Of a stretch of 64,000 bases of DNA, positions 11,359 through 23,452 are shown piece by piece. Origin of the DNA: Perkinsus chesapeaki ATCC PRA-425 (lineage: Eukaryota > Protista > Perkinsozoa); NCBI GenBank assembly GCA_013115145.1, contig JAAPAO010000107.1:1-64000 (forward strand). Reading direction: 5' to 3'. A program made the translations under genes and the position numbers. Position 1 is the stretch's first letter. Each line of letters begins with the position of its first letter. The notes under the pieces were generated by a model, which searched no databases, was not told where the DNA came from, and saw only the letters and a list, made by a program, of their open reading frames with translations.

Positions 11359-14300
11359 TCATAAATACGTGACATGCTCCCCCTCAGATGACGACCCAAG
11401 ACTCTCGCTGTCATCCCCTTCGACATAGTCTTGCCACAATCTGATACTAAACGATGCTCGCAAGCACAGATAGCATAATAATACCGATCATGCAGCATGT
11501 CAGCACCGACAAATGCGACGTTGTGATGAAACAACGGCATAGCTTCACCATAATCGCTAACTGTGGAACCTGATATAACACCAACTACTTGGACCCAAGC
11601 GAGTAACAAATCAAACAAGGTAATCAACTCACAGGCTTCTGCTAAAACTGTCACCGGTAATCGTACATAGTTATATGACACACAGCCCTAATTCCTGCCA
11701 TTTATGCCGACCCATACCTACCTTCCTCCCCGGAGCCCTCCGTTCCATAATATATGGACTCCCCCGCTCCACCGCGATCACTTCCACCAATCCAGCTGAG
11801 AACGCCTGCTCACACTATCCTCTGGTTAAGTGCTACTCGTTATTATAAGCCTCAAATCGGGCTCGACGAACCTTTTCGAACATGCTATATGAGCGAGTTG
11901 AAGCCTCCTTGTCTGCCAGCGTCTGAGGCGGCAACACTGCGAGTAGTTCTTATGCCTCTCGGAATACTTCCATGGCATCTGAGTACTCATTAAAAATGTT
12001 TCCCATCCCACCTTCGATCGTTCCCTCTCTAAGTGACCAACAACACCCAATGCCTCCATAGCCTGTCTCGCTATCATCGGGTTATCATCTCTTACCAAAT
12101 CCAATATATAATGTACCACCTACAAACACGTCTCTTTGGTAGGCTGTCACGCCATCCCAGTTAATTAGCGCGGCAAATCATCTTTTCGCTTTCCGTAAAG
12201 CGAGCTCATCTTCCTAAGGTGGCAAGGAGCGGATATTCCCCTATTCTCTCCCTGTACAATACGATAGACTTTCCGGATCCTAGAGGCTTCGAAAGCAGTC
12301 TTACCAGCAAACCTCGGCAGCGAAGCAAGTTTCCTACCCTACCTGTCCGTCTTGGTCCTCAAGGACAACCTCAGCTGTCTCCGAGTTGGACAGGAGCACA
12401 GTGAAGGTCCACAAGAGCTGCAGTACCTGCTCCCGCTTCTTGATATTGACCATCCTCATATGTCAGGTAATACTATCTCATCGTCCTCCTGTTTAGCTGT
12501 GAGCAGGTCCACTAAGCGCCTCAAGAGCAAAGGACTCTCACACAGTCTGGTGCCAACCTCGGTGTCCGAGGATGCCGCCACTACCTGATACTTCTAACTC
12601 AGCTTCATAGAAAATATCGAAAATGAAATGATTATTAGAAGTTAAGGGATTATAACAAATGAAATGATTATTAGAAATGATATTTATAAAGAAATTAGAG
12701 GACTATTGTGAGATATTATAGGAGGATGATTCGAAATAAAAAATCACTAGATCCGAAAGAATTATCAGAAACAAAAGAATCAATAGTCCCTCCCCTGCCT
12801 ACCCCAGCCACCATAATGCTCTGCAGCAACACATCGTCGCCTGTGAATCCTGGTATAAGTTGCTGGGTGAGCAAGTCCAATAGGAAGCCATTATCATCCA
12901 TCGAGCAAAGCTCTCCCCAATCAACTGTACCGGGACATGTGAAGTTTGCCAACATGCCGAGTATCTTGGGATTCTCAATCACGAGCTCGCCTCATACACG
13001 CGGGGCAAGAAATAAGCATGCAGGTTGTTGCTAACACCTTCTAGTAGTCAGCAAGAGCTCTCGCAGCGAGTTTGACAATGTAATATATCACACCAGCTGC
13101 GTCTATCATATATTCCTACTTCCACAACTATTTCAGCGGCTCCATCGGCCTTCTCCTCCTTCCCTCCTGCCTTGCCACAACGACGCGCCATCCTAACCAA
13201 CTCCGCTGCCCAATGAGATAAAGCCGTGCTGTTCATCACCTGCCAACCCCATCAGTGATTTACCTTAGTTCCCCTTACATCACAGAAACGCTCTTGGAGC
13301 TCCTGCCCGTGGCTGCTCACATTTCGCATCACTTTCAGCACGAGAGGGTCACGGAACTTGATAGCCCTGTGAACCTACCATGGGCCGGTATCATATCATT
13401 TCATATGTTCTTGCTTTACAGCGTTATATTATATATAATTATAACGTTACAGTATAATATTAATTAGATGTCGAAAGCACTTGGACAGCAAGTGAGTGCC
13501 TAGCTATCTCTTGTGGTGTATAAGGAGCACGAAACTCCTTACGATAGCGGATTGGTTCGAACTACGTTCAACTATGCCGTAACGTTAATGTACGTTAACT
13601 TCTACATTAACCCATTCATTGATTATAACAACTACTGAGGATAATCGGTCAACGGTTCCTCGATTCCTTCAACCCTATCAGCGATATCTGCTTACCAAAT
13701 CTGGCCACAGGCCCGAGTCAAGCATAAGCCGTGAGCTTCTTTGATGCACTGATAGATTCACCATGACCTACATCATCACTCACCGACCTCTATTCGCTAG
13801 CCAAACGCCTACTGCCATGAGATCGAGACCAACTCTCGGTTCGGGGAAGCCAACTACGAGCTGGATTAGCATCGGTATGAAGTCTTGGCAGAAACACAGT
13901 TGGGATTTGCACCGATCATCGAACGAAAATTGATATCTGTCGATTTCGAAGTCGAGCAACAGTAGTGCCGGTGGCGGTACAGCAATCGAAGGACTAGCTG
14001 ACGGCAGTTGGGCTGCTCTCTGAGGACGGTCACCAAAGTAGTAATAACGCCGCTCTCTGATAGGGCATCACGAACACCAGGATCGAAGGAGAGGTTATAT
14101 AAAACCTAGGAAGAGGCAAATGAGTAGGGCCGAGAGGGCCTGTAGTGTGTAGTTTAACAATAAGAACCCATTAGGTGCGTGTAGTCTAACAATAAGAACC
14201 CGTTAGGTGCGTGTAGTTTAACAATAAGAACTCGTTAGGTGCGTGTAGTTTAACAATAAGAACTCGTTATCCCCTGAATTTAGCCTTGTATTATAGAATC

Positions 14301-17300
14301 ATTGCGGTGAGGTTGGTAATGCCTACATGAAGAGCCAACACGCCAACGGGGCTAGACTTGTACTGCAGCACACAGTTTGCTACCAATGGCCGAAGCACCT
14401 AAACACAACAACAACAACGAAGTGATGCTCCTTATCAGGATGAATAGTAATAGATAGGCCACCATTACTGTATCAGCAACACATCGTATAGATTAGGCTT
14501 CTACCAACCTAATCTATACGATGAGGAACCTCTACTATGACATAGGTAGCTGCCCAAGCAGATCAATACAGATATAAAGCCAATTACTTCCCCATACACT
14601 CACCCCAGCCTCGACCATTTGATCCTTAGCTTCACGGAATACCGACAGTTTCTTCATGAACACCAGACACACTTTAAGGAGTGGCTCCCAGGTCCGGTCC
14701 AAGAGACGGACTATCAACGATGGCAGCTTGCCATTAACCATTTTACCTGAGAACCTGCAAGAATGACATCGGCGACCACTAGTGAAATATTCGCCGGCCC
14801 TCCTTCCTTCCACCATACAGAGTCGTCTTAATAAGGTGAGAGACATCGATTCTTTGCCTGTCCAAGGCGTACTTGGGCCCACGTAATATTTGACTCACGC
14901 TGTTCTACCGAACTACTCCTGATGTGAACCTGGTTATTGACTAAGATAATATTAAAGTCGATATATAACAGTTATATAGATCATAACAATGTATAGAAAG
15001 TTGAACGAAGACGGAAGAAGACAGAAGGTATCTTCCCTTCATCCCCCCGTTTACGAATACCCTTCCAACTCCCCCCCAGTAGCCCCACGTTCAACAGTGG
15101 CATCCTCAGCGAGATGCAATAAAGTTAACAATGCTATCCTCAGCAGCTTGTTTTGTTTCATAACCTTTCGCTCCTCTCTCGCAAGACCTGCTTGGTCTTG
15201 TGCTGCCCGGCATTCCTCTACCTAAGGACAAGGGGTCAATACATTACCAATGCGCCGTATAGGTAACAAAAATTCGCCCAGTTTCACCACTTTGTACGCA
15301 CGTGGTCGCCTAGGACTGCTAAAAATTCTCCCGGAAACTAAACAGGATTCCGGTCAATTTTTACACTCCCAGCACTCTCAAACAATGTAGTTGATACGTG
15401 AGGGAATTCTATAGCACAACCGAGGCAGGCGGTCGAGAGGTATTCCAGTTTGAAATGTTGTCAGCTACCTTCCTGATCACCGCAATTTCCAACACCGCAG
15501 AGCAATACTATTCCCCTTCAGGAAGTCATCTAGTAGCATCACAGAAATGTGTTCCCGAGGGAGCAAAAACTTTTATTGCTGAAACACAGTAAGAATTCAG
15601 CTGTTGAATATTTTCATAAAGTTTAATATTTAAATATGCTCACAGACAGAACGACCGCTACCCTCCCCCACCGTACCCCCTGCCTCAGGACCCTAGCCCT
15701 CTCCTGTACTTCATGGTCAACCAACTTGAGCGTAACTCCTCCACACTGTGATGCTGACATTAATGGATGGAGGGACGTACAAGTGGACATACAGAGGAAG
15801 CAGGAACCTGAACTTCCCTAAAGCACCCTTCAACCTAAGATACGCTACTAATTGCCGTGGGCAGATCAAAGAGCCCCATCGACTCCTCTCGTAACACCCT
15901 CGCCAGAACGGAAAGCCACGTGCCTGAAATGGATGCCCGCTTCCACGGCGGGCAAAGAAGCGATGTGAGCTCCTCGTCAAACGTCGAGCACTACAAGTTG
16001 CAGCCGCCAACGACAGTCATGAGCCTCTAATACAATTTCCAGTAGCCAGTGGTGAGTGGTAGATGCTGGACTACCGTAGGTAGTCTACCGTGGGAGCTTA
16101 TACGAGAGCAATATCATCCGGGAGCCTCGGAGCCGGAGACTCGCTGATGAAGAACGGGCCATCTCGAGCTCACTCGATGGACCGTATGAATACGCATTTC
16201 ACCACAATGCTGTCCCATTCAACGCGCGCTCAACTGCAACAAGCGGTATCCTACTCTCCATCCCGCCAGCGTCAGCCCTATTGCCTCACGTCTACATCTT
16301 AAAAAGCTTTTTATAAGATCTACGATTGGATACATATTCGTAGAACACAATTTGTCTCGCATAAGAATATGTGTTATTCAATTTTGAAGCATTTCGAAAA
16401 GTCCCACTAAATAAAAGCCCAGTCACACTAAGCTAAAAATACTCGATCAAATATTGCTGAGTCGTTAGTCGTTACGCTACAAATACTAAATCAATTTGAG
16501 TCCCAATACCCTTAACACTCCCATTAAGACACACACATGACTCCGAATATTATACCGACATTCCCTCCTTCCCCCGCCGCCGCCCCCGAGTAGTACAGTT
16601 GAATCCACCTTGCTCCCCTCCTGTAGCCATCGCCTCCTTACAAACATAGTCAAACGTCCGTGGATCTACACACAGCCTGACATACACGAAGATGCCACCG
16701 CCGTCGCCGGTGTTCCTGCTTCGTGGGGATGAGCACGTGCTAGTGAGGAGACCGAAAGTCAACAGCAATCACAACTTGTACACAAAATTCAGCTCCCTCT
16801 AGTAGAGTACTGTACCGAATCACTGAGACTAGTCCAACTAGATGAACAATTCAGAACAAACCTCCTCGCCAGCGGCGGCTACGGCCCTGCTGCTGCTGCT
16901 TTACCGTAAAAAGCATCGTGCCCCTATGAGCTTCTCCTCAGGTGCATCCTCGTAAAGCATATCCTTATACCTAGTAAGACTCCCATCTGCAGCAGCTGCA
17001 GAGAGCTGAACTACTTCTCTGTGGCGTTCGGGCTCACGTCTGCTGGCAAGAGACTGAATATCTGAAACGGCTACATTTAGATGACAGTCTTATACAAACG
17101 CAATAGTTAAGACATGAGCATTATGATAGAAGCTTCAACCTACTTGATAGCGTACAGGTTATACAAGCATGATAACATAACATGGTATAGAGTAAAAAAG
17201 AAAAATATGCTGAAAGTTCCAAGTCTCAGTCAGATGCCCCCGGAAGAATACGCGACAGGGTAACGATATCTCAACAAACACGGCGAGCAGAATACAAAAG

Positions 17301-18432
17301 CCGATAGCTCCGCAGCTTGACAGTTAGTTCACACGAAACCATAGCACCGCAGCCCTGCCACAGGAGTACCGTCAAAGTTACAAATAAACGGCTTTTTCCT
17401 GAAGTCCCGAACTTCGACTCGATTATTCTTTTTATTGTTTGAGCCCCACCGCGTTACTCTACAATGACAACTTTCCCGACACAATCCTCCTGTCCCCTCC
17501 CGAGAACTACAGCTTCATAATAACTCTTCGGAGATTCCTCCGCCAAACTCCTATCCTGTCTACGAACACTTGACGGCCTTCTTGTCGTGCTCCTAGGCCT
17601 ATCCAACGCAGATTGATGAGCCTTCAATGCAGTTAGTAGCCTAATGAGCTCATCTCGCTGCTTTGGCAGTATGTACCTGAATCGCGGAGGCAACAGGGAG
17701 GCACCGGTAGCCGGGATACTTGTTCTCCATTAAGCAGTCGCCGAGTCAAAATAGAACAAGTGATATTCAAACAACACAATGCTCTGAAACACCCCCAGGA
17801 ACGGCGAAATCAAGGCAATCATTCTACATCCAAATGCTTCCACGAGATGGACCAGATCACTTCAAAAACAGCAGACCAAGCAGACTCGATCAGCGATTGC
17901 CACCGACCCCTCAGCCATGGTGGCATCAGTAATGAAGACAAGCGTACGAGAGTGGTAATCCACCAGTACTCTCGGCACAAGGTATAAATATATTCACCCA
18001 AAAAGATCCAAAATCCCACTAAAAGAAATGCTTCTCCTTAAGAAATAAATGCATTTGCGCTTGTGTCCCTAGTCTCTACTGAATATAGCACCATGATCAC
18101 ATCAACCTTCCGTAAATCTCTCCTACTTATTTGCCGCTTGCATCACTTGATCAGCTTTACCTTCGACGTTCGTCCCAACCTCCCGAAGCCGTACTGTCTT
18201 TTTACCTTTCAACAACGACGGCTTACAGAATCCCAAGTTCGAAATTCAACACTTTTTCGAGACCGTTCTTTTTTGGAAAGTGATATGCCCTACCAGGTTG
18301 GCTCTCTACTGAGGTGACCCTATCCTGGTCGTCCATTGTAGAGACTTCTTGAGTGTAGTTAATAATAATTGTGCCTTCCTCTAGATTTGCCTCCAGCCCA
18401 TTCGGGCGTATCTTTCGTACCGTTCGTGACAT
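11359..18432 (-). CDS. KAP3: Kinesin-associated protein 3 (heterotrimeric kinesin-2 / IFT), many exons
   Basis: Collinear exon motifs from ATG 18432: TIIINYTQEV, GKKTVRLREV, YILPKQRDELIRLL, YKDMLYEDAPEEKLIGA, KQNKLLRIALLTLLHLAED, LLDRTWEPLLKVCLVFMKKLSVF, FSFDDRCKS, ILGMLANFT..DW..LIPGFTGDDVLL, LLTAKQEDDE, YILDLVRDDN, RFEAYNN(D)W; 3' end approximate. Confidence 0.9.
14145..14270 (+). repeat. 32-bp minisatellite, about 4 copies, in a KAP3 intron
   Basis: GTGCGTGTAGTTTAACAATAAGAACYCGTTAG units at about 14145, 14175, 14207 and 14239. Confidence 0.93.
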
Positions 18433-18941
18433 TCCAACCTCAAATGAATTACCCTTGTTTACTCAACACAACATCTGTCTCCTCCAAAGATATTCTGGCC
18501 GTTCTACGGGAAGAAAAGCAGAACTCGAGTACTTTGTAAAGGAAACCGACTCGTCTGGGATATCATCCAAACAAATCGAGCCTCGAATCTCATACCACAC
18601 TTCCCTCAAATCTTCTGCACAGCAGAGAGACTTCAGGGAAGGTGTCCGATGATAAAATTTCCCCAACATAAGCTTCCGCCGAGTAACGTGACGACAATAA
18701 TTGATAGAGCAAACAATGGCGCCTTTACGGCCGCAAACGGACAACCGGCCCAGCAGCCACAGCGAGAAAATCATCCCTCAACGGATATAAATCCATAATG
18801 AGGAATTATGCCGTAGTTGCCCATAGCCGACTGTCCCAACTGAATCTGGATATATATATAATTCGCCTCCGACTCACAGAGGCAATAGGAGATGGTAGGC
18901 CTGTTAAAAGTGGTGGGGCTCAGAGCAGATAGTAAAATTGT

Positions 18942-19811
18942 CTAGAGCGAAATAACCATCGTGTTGTCGACGTCGCCGTCACCTCCTGGCAGCCTTTCCA
19001 ATGTGCCGTCATCGAACGACTGCTGTGATGTCGAGTCGCTCGGGTCCTCCATGGCGGGAATGTCGAAGGCGGCATTGACTCTAGATATAGTTCTAGCTGT
19101 GACCGGGCTTCCCTGGCTTGCGGAGTCGTCGACATTAGTAGTGGTGGATTGTGGTGGTGCTGGTGTTGTTGTTGTGGATATACCTTCCTCAATATCATGT
19201 TCTTCTTCAACATCAGTCATTTGTGAACGACATAATGGACATCTTAAAGATGATAATACATCATCTCTCGATAATATTGGTAATCCTAAATAATTTGGTG
19301 CATACATTTTATCATAAGCAGTATCAATAACAGAATCAATACATTTCTCATGGAATATATGACCACATCGAAGTGTAATAAGTGATTCACCCATATCCTC
19401 TTCATCTAGACATATCGGACACAAATCCTCAGCGCCCGTCATCGTCGCCAAAGTGACCATAGAAGAGCTCTTCGCCACCGCCAAGAATGACTGCTTATCT
19501 TCAGGAGTCGGCACCCTCGATGACGCTGCCATAACCTCATCCGCCTCCTCGCCCGTCAGACCGAAATTCAGGTTGTGCATCGCTTGTTTAAAGCCGTACC
19601 TCCGAACCAACGTTCCGAAGAGGATGCCAAGTGGCAGCAAAATCCATATCAGACCAACCGCAAAGATAATAATGAGGTCCGGAAAGGTCTTGTGGAGAAC
19701 TGCAAATACAATAAAGGCAATTCCGACCACCACAAGACCCGCTATCCACACCCATTTGAATCTTCTTGGGAGTGCTAAGTCGATAAGAGTAGCATTACTT
19801 CTCTCTGTCAT
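18942..19811 (-). CDS. 2-TM RING-H2 E3 ubiquitin ligase, copy 1
   Basis: Two N-terminal hydrophobic helices; CPIC..CGHIFHEKC..CPLC. Confidence 0.92.
   Translation of the reverse strand: MTERSNATLIDLALPRRFKWVWIAGLVVVGIAFIVFAVLHKTFPDLIIIFAVGLIWILLPLGILFGTLVRRYGFKQAMHNLNFGLTGEEADEVMAASSRVPTPEDKQSFLAVAKSSSMVTLATMTGAEDLCPICLDEEDMGESLITLRCGHIFHEKCIDSVIDTAYDKMYAPNYLGLPILSRDDVLSSLRCPLCRSQMTDVEEEHDIEEGISTTTTPAPPQSTTTNVDDSASQGSPVTARTISRVNAAFDIPAMEDPSDSTSQQSFDDGTLERLPGGDGDVDNTMVISL
19129..19432. repeat. About 304-bp AT-rich RING-encoding cassette duplicated at 20890-21193
   Basis: Near-identical by eye (about 4 differences); 54 G+C in 180 bases at 19201-19380. Confidence 0.95.
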
Positions 19812-20055
19812 TCACTAGTAAGCTTGTCAGTAGTACAATAGTAACAACAAATCGCCTGCCAAACGACCTCAACAACAACCGAATGCATCTCGTTGCGAAA
19901 CAGAGCCCAATTCCCCATCTGCCTTTCCCTTCCATGTCCACTCAAGAGAATCGGCACATGCAGTCTCCCGGAGTTCACGGAATATTTTTCCCGAACGCAG
20001 TGACCAACTTCCATGTCCATGAAGGCCCGCAACACGTTTTAACGATGTGAAGCAC

Positions 20056-20615
20056 TCAGAAATGTTTTCCCTTGCCCTTATTGAGACCAGGATTACACTG
20101 CGCACGCTCAAGCGAATATGCTGCGAAATTCCGGTCATTCCCTGTCCTCCCAAGAAGCATAAATATATGAGTAAAATGCATCAGGAAATTCAAGTTCACC
20201 GACGAAGCTAGACTAAAGAGCAGCATAAATCCATCCGCCCCCCGGGGCAACAACAACATTACGACGTCTTGGAAAGTAACTTTGAGGAATTCACTAACGT
20301 AGACACAAATAGTAACGACGATGGCTTCCTTGTTGCCGGGGAACCAAGTTTCATCGGTCCCTCGGGCCATCATCAGCAACAGCAAAGGTACTGCCTTCGC
20401 TAAGGTATAGCGAACAGAGTGGTACGACCGAGAGCTGTTCGAGCTGTGGTGCGACCTTCTACACTAAAGAGACGGGAATGTAGAACAGGTGGCCACGATA
20501 TAATCGACTGGAAGAGTACAGGACAGTATATATAGGCAAGATGGCCTGTGATGGAAATACAGAAGTATAGAATAATAACAGATAAGACCAACTTGGTAGC
20601 AGCATCTTTGCTCAC
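20056..20615 (-). CDS. Putative multi-pass membrane protein (interrupted by an intron or frameshift)
   Basis: ATG 20615 MSKDAATKLVLSVIILYFCISITGHLAY; second frame TLAKAVPLLLLMMARG with further hydrophobic stretches; family not recognised. Confidence 0.4.
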
Positions 20616-20768
20616 TAATAAGGGAAAGACACTCCTTTAATATGGCCTTCGGTATGGCAGCGCCAATTCCAGCAGCAAACCCCCGATCTTCAGGGAATCG
20701 CCACGACGGGCTGCTGCATCAATACCTCAGGCCAACAACTAGAAATTGCTGAGGGCCAACTACATTGT

Positions 20769-21572
20769 CTAGAGAGCGACAACAGGCTCCCGACGAGGAG
20801 GGGCTTCGCCCACTCTCTCACCAGAAAGATAGAATGCAGGAGGAACTCTGGCGAGCGGCGGACTGCTGTACACTTCAGCGGGTATATCATCGACATTGGT
20901 AGTGGTGGATTGTGGTGCTGGTGGTGTTGTTGTTGTGGATATACCTTCCTCAATATCATGTTCTTCTTTAACATCAGTCATTTGTGAACGACATAATGGA
21001 CATCTTAAAGATGATAATACATCATCTCTCGATAATATTGGTAATCCTAAATAATTTGGTGCATACATTTTATCATAAGCAGTATCAATAACAGAATCAA
21101 TACATTTCTCATGGAATATATGACCACATCGAAGTGTAATAAGTGATTCACCCATATCCTCTTCATCTAGACATATCGGACACAAATCCTCAGGAGCTGT
21201 AGAGGTATCCAAGGTAACCCTAGAGGCGCTCTTAGCTGCCGCCAAGAACGCCTTCTTGTCCTCTTCAGTGGGAGTCTGACAGGCATCAGTCCTCGGTTCA
21301 ATCCTGGGACCCACTCGGAGCTTCCTCATTCCCTCACGGAGCCCATACTTCCTCGTCATCTTCACCAGCAGAACTGCCAACGGCATTAGGATCCACAACA
21401 GGGCCACCGCGAAGGCAATAATGAGACCGGGGAAGGTTTGGTGCATTGCAGCGAGGACAATGAAGGCCATAGTGATGACGAACACACCGGCAAGCCAGAC
21501 CCAACGGAAATGCCTAGGCAGCGATACTTCCATTATTGTATCGTCTTCAGCTGGTTGACGGTTTTCGGACAT
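20769..21572 (-). CDS. 2-TM RING-H2 E3 ubiquitin ligase, copy 2
   Basis: Same architecture as copy 1; RING domain identical in protein sequence. Confidence 0.92.
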   Translation of the reverse strand: MSENRQPAEDDTIMEVSLPRHFRWVWLAGVFVITMAFIVLAAMHQTFPGLIIAFAVALLWILMPLAVLLVKMTRKYGLREGMRKLRVGPRIEPRTDACQTPTEEDKKAFLAAAKSASRVTLDTSTAPEDLCPICLDEEDMGESLITLRCGHIFHEKCIDSVIDTAYDKMYAPNYLGLPILSRDDVLSSLRCPLCRSQMTDVKEEHDIEEGISTTTTPPAPQSTTTNVDDIPAEVYSSPPLARVPPAFYLSGERVGEAPPRREPVVAL

Positions 21573-22097
21573 GAGAGATTTAACCTATTGAGAACAGAAC
21601 ACAACTGCTGAGGAAAGCCAGTGACGAGAATTCCGCTAAAAGCCACCTTGCGGCTTCAATGCATTACTGTAAACGAAGAACTCAAGACTAAATGGATGGG
21701 GGAGAGACCGAATGAAAATCACATCCCAGAAGCATCATAAGTGAACGCTAGGATGTGAATGCTGCTATGGCGAGCTCCGTCAAGACCAAGCTTCATCGGT
21801 CCAGACAGGAGGAGAGGGCCAAATGCAGTACAGAAGTTAGGTAACCCCGTTTTTGGTTATGTTCTATTTTCAGAAGCTCACAGGGCGGGAACTATCATCA
21901 CCCTGTGGTGAATGACTAGTATCGAAAGTGTATCAGTAGACGAGGATGACGACAAGGGGAATACGGGTACAATAGTTCACAACTGTATATAAAAGGTCGG
22001 AACTATCATCACCTTCTATACCCAAATAGATGGGGAAATACAACTAGGGAAGAGAAAACAGGTAGAATTAGAGACCAGAGATTTACCTACTCAAAGT

Positions 22098-22694
22098 CTA
22101 ACAAACGCTCGTCGCCGGCGCCGATTCTTCGCACTGGACCACCGGCTGCCGACACAAGGGACACTTGATAGAGCCCAATAGCTTGTCAACGCACTCGGAA
22201 GATTCTTGGCTGCGAGCCTGTTCATAGGCCCGACCAACCAAGCAGTCCATGCATCTTTCATGGAACACATGACCGCACTGCAAAGTGCATAGAGAATCGC
22301 CGAGGTCGTGCTCGTCTAGACATATCGGGCAGAGGTCGTCGTAGCTGCCTTGGATACTGTCAGCTGTGGAGACGCTCATTGAGGACTCGTTCTTGACCAT
22401 GCTAACGAAGGAACTAATCTCTTCAGGAGTAGCTGGCGTGAGATCCTTAGGACCTTCGCCAAGCTCGAGGTCGAGGGTGTTATCCTCTTCACGAAGACTT
22501 TGTCGGTAGAATAGGATTCCGACAGGCACGATGATCCAAAGCACAGTGATGGCAATGCAAACCTGCAGTGTCCATCTAGGAAGGCTTATAGCGGCCACCA
22601 GAGCACAGGCGAGGCCGCATAGGACCAGACCACCGAGCCAGATACCACGGTCTTTCCTGCTGAGGACCATAATGTTGGATTCGGAGAGTGACAT
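22098..22694 (-). CDS. 2-TM RING-H2 E3 ubiquitin ligase, copy 3
   Basis: Two TM helices; CPIC..CGHVFHERC..CPLC; likely start ATG 22694 by comparison with paralogs (ORF track starts at 22808). Confidence 0.9.
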   Translation of the reverse strand: MSLSESNIMVLSRKDRGIWLGGLVLCGLACALVAAISLPRWTLQVCIAITVLWIIVPVGILFYRQSLREEDNTLDLELGEGPKDLTPATPEEISSFVSMVKNESSMSVSTADSIQGSYDDLCPICLDEHDLGDSLCTLQCGHVFHERCMDCLVGRAYEQARSQESSECVDKLLGSIKCPLCRQPVVQCEESAPATSVC

Positions 22695-23452
22695 CGCTAA
22701 CGGTAATGCCAAGGCAAACGGAACGCTAACAAACAGATGAAGGATATCTTTACAGGAAGAAATGAGCTCAGATTTTAAAAGGTGACTTGAGGATTTCAGA
22801 TCGTCCATATATTAGTCGCTATAATGGTTGCGTTCGATGACGACGACAACGAGCAGCTCGACGACGCAATGAAAACATTTAATGCAGTTGCAAGAAATTT
22901 TCTTTTGGCGCATAAAGGAAAAGCAGCATTTTTGATCGGTTTTAAATACTGGAAGTGGAGTTATTGAACGTTATGGAGAGATATTGCTGACGTTCACTCC
23001 AAATTCGTTCCGAAATGGGACCTATTCCGTTAGGATATCCGTGAGCCGTTTTTTCAAATTTTCAAGACCCGTGGAGCAGTTGTAATTGTAACAACCGTAG
23101 TGGGGAATCTAAGTCTCACCTGGAGAGGGTTTACGGAGTCTGCTGAATAAATGCTCCCTCGATTAAACATTTGGAGCCATGTGAAGGGTCCTTCACAGTA
23201 AGACATCAATTTGGGGCCCTCCGACCGGCTTGAAGACCCGTACTAAACAGCTTTTCCTCGACCTGTCGTATTTGCTCTATATAAGCCGAAAGCGGTGAAT
23301 GCTCTGCGGGCTTGAATTTAACGGTGAATATCTTAAGAAATCTCATAAATGCTCACGAGACCCACCTCGCTTTGTGGTGCTTACCATATCCGGGCTACTT
23401 ATTTCGTATCCAATCATACCGTTTGACAGCAGGAGCTCTCCTATTTTAATTA

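Noticed and set aside
11187-11681. 164-codon minus-strand ORF as an independent gene
   Set aside because: GTG start; it overlaps what appear to be terminal KAP3 exons (acidic tail in another frame) and intronic sequence.
18463-18774. 103-codon ORF just upstream of KAP3
   Set aside because: No recognisable motif and a weak signal peptide; coding status cannot be supported.
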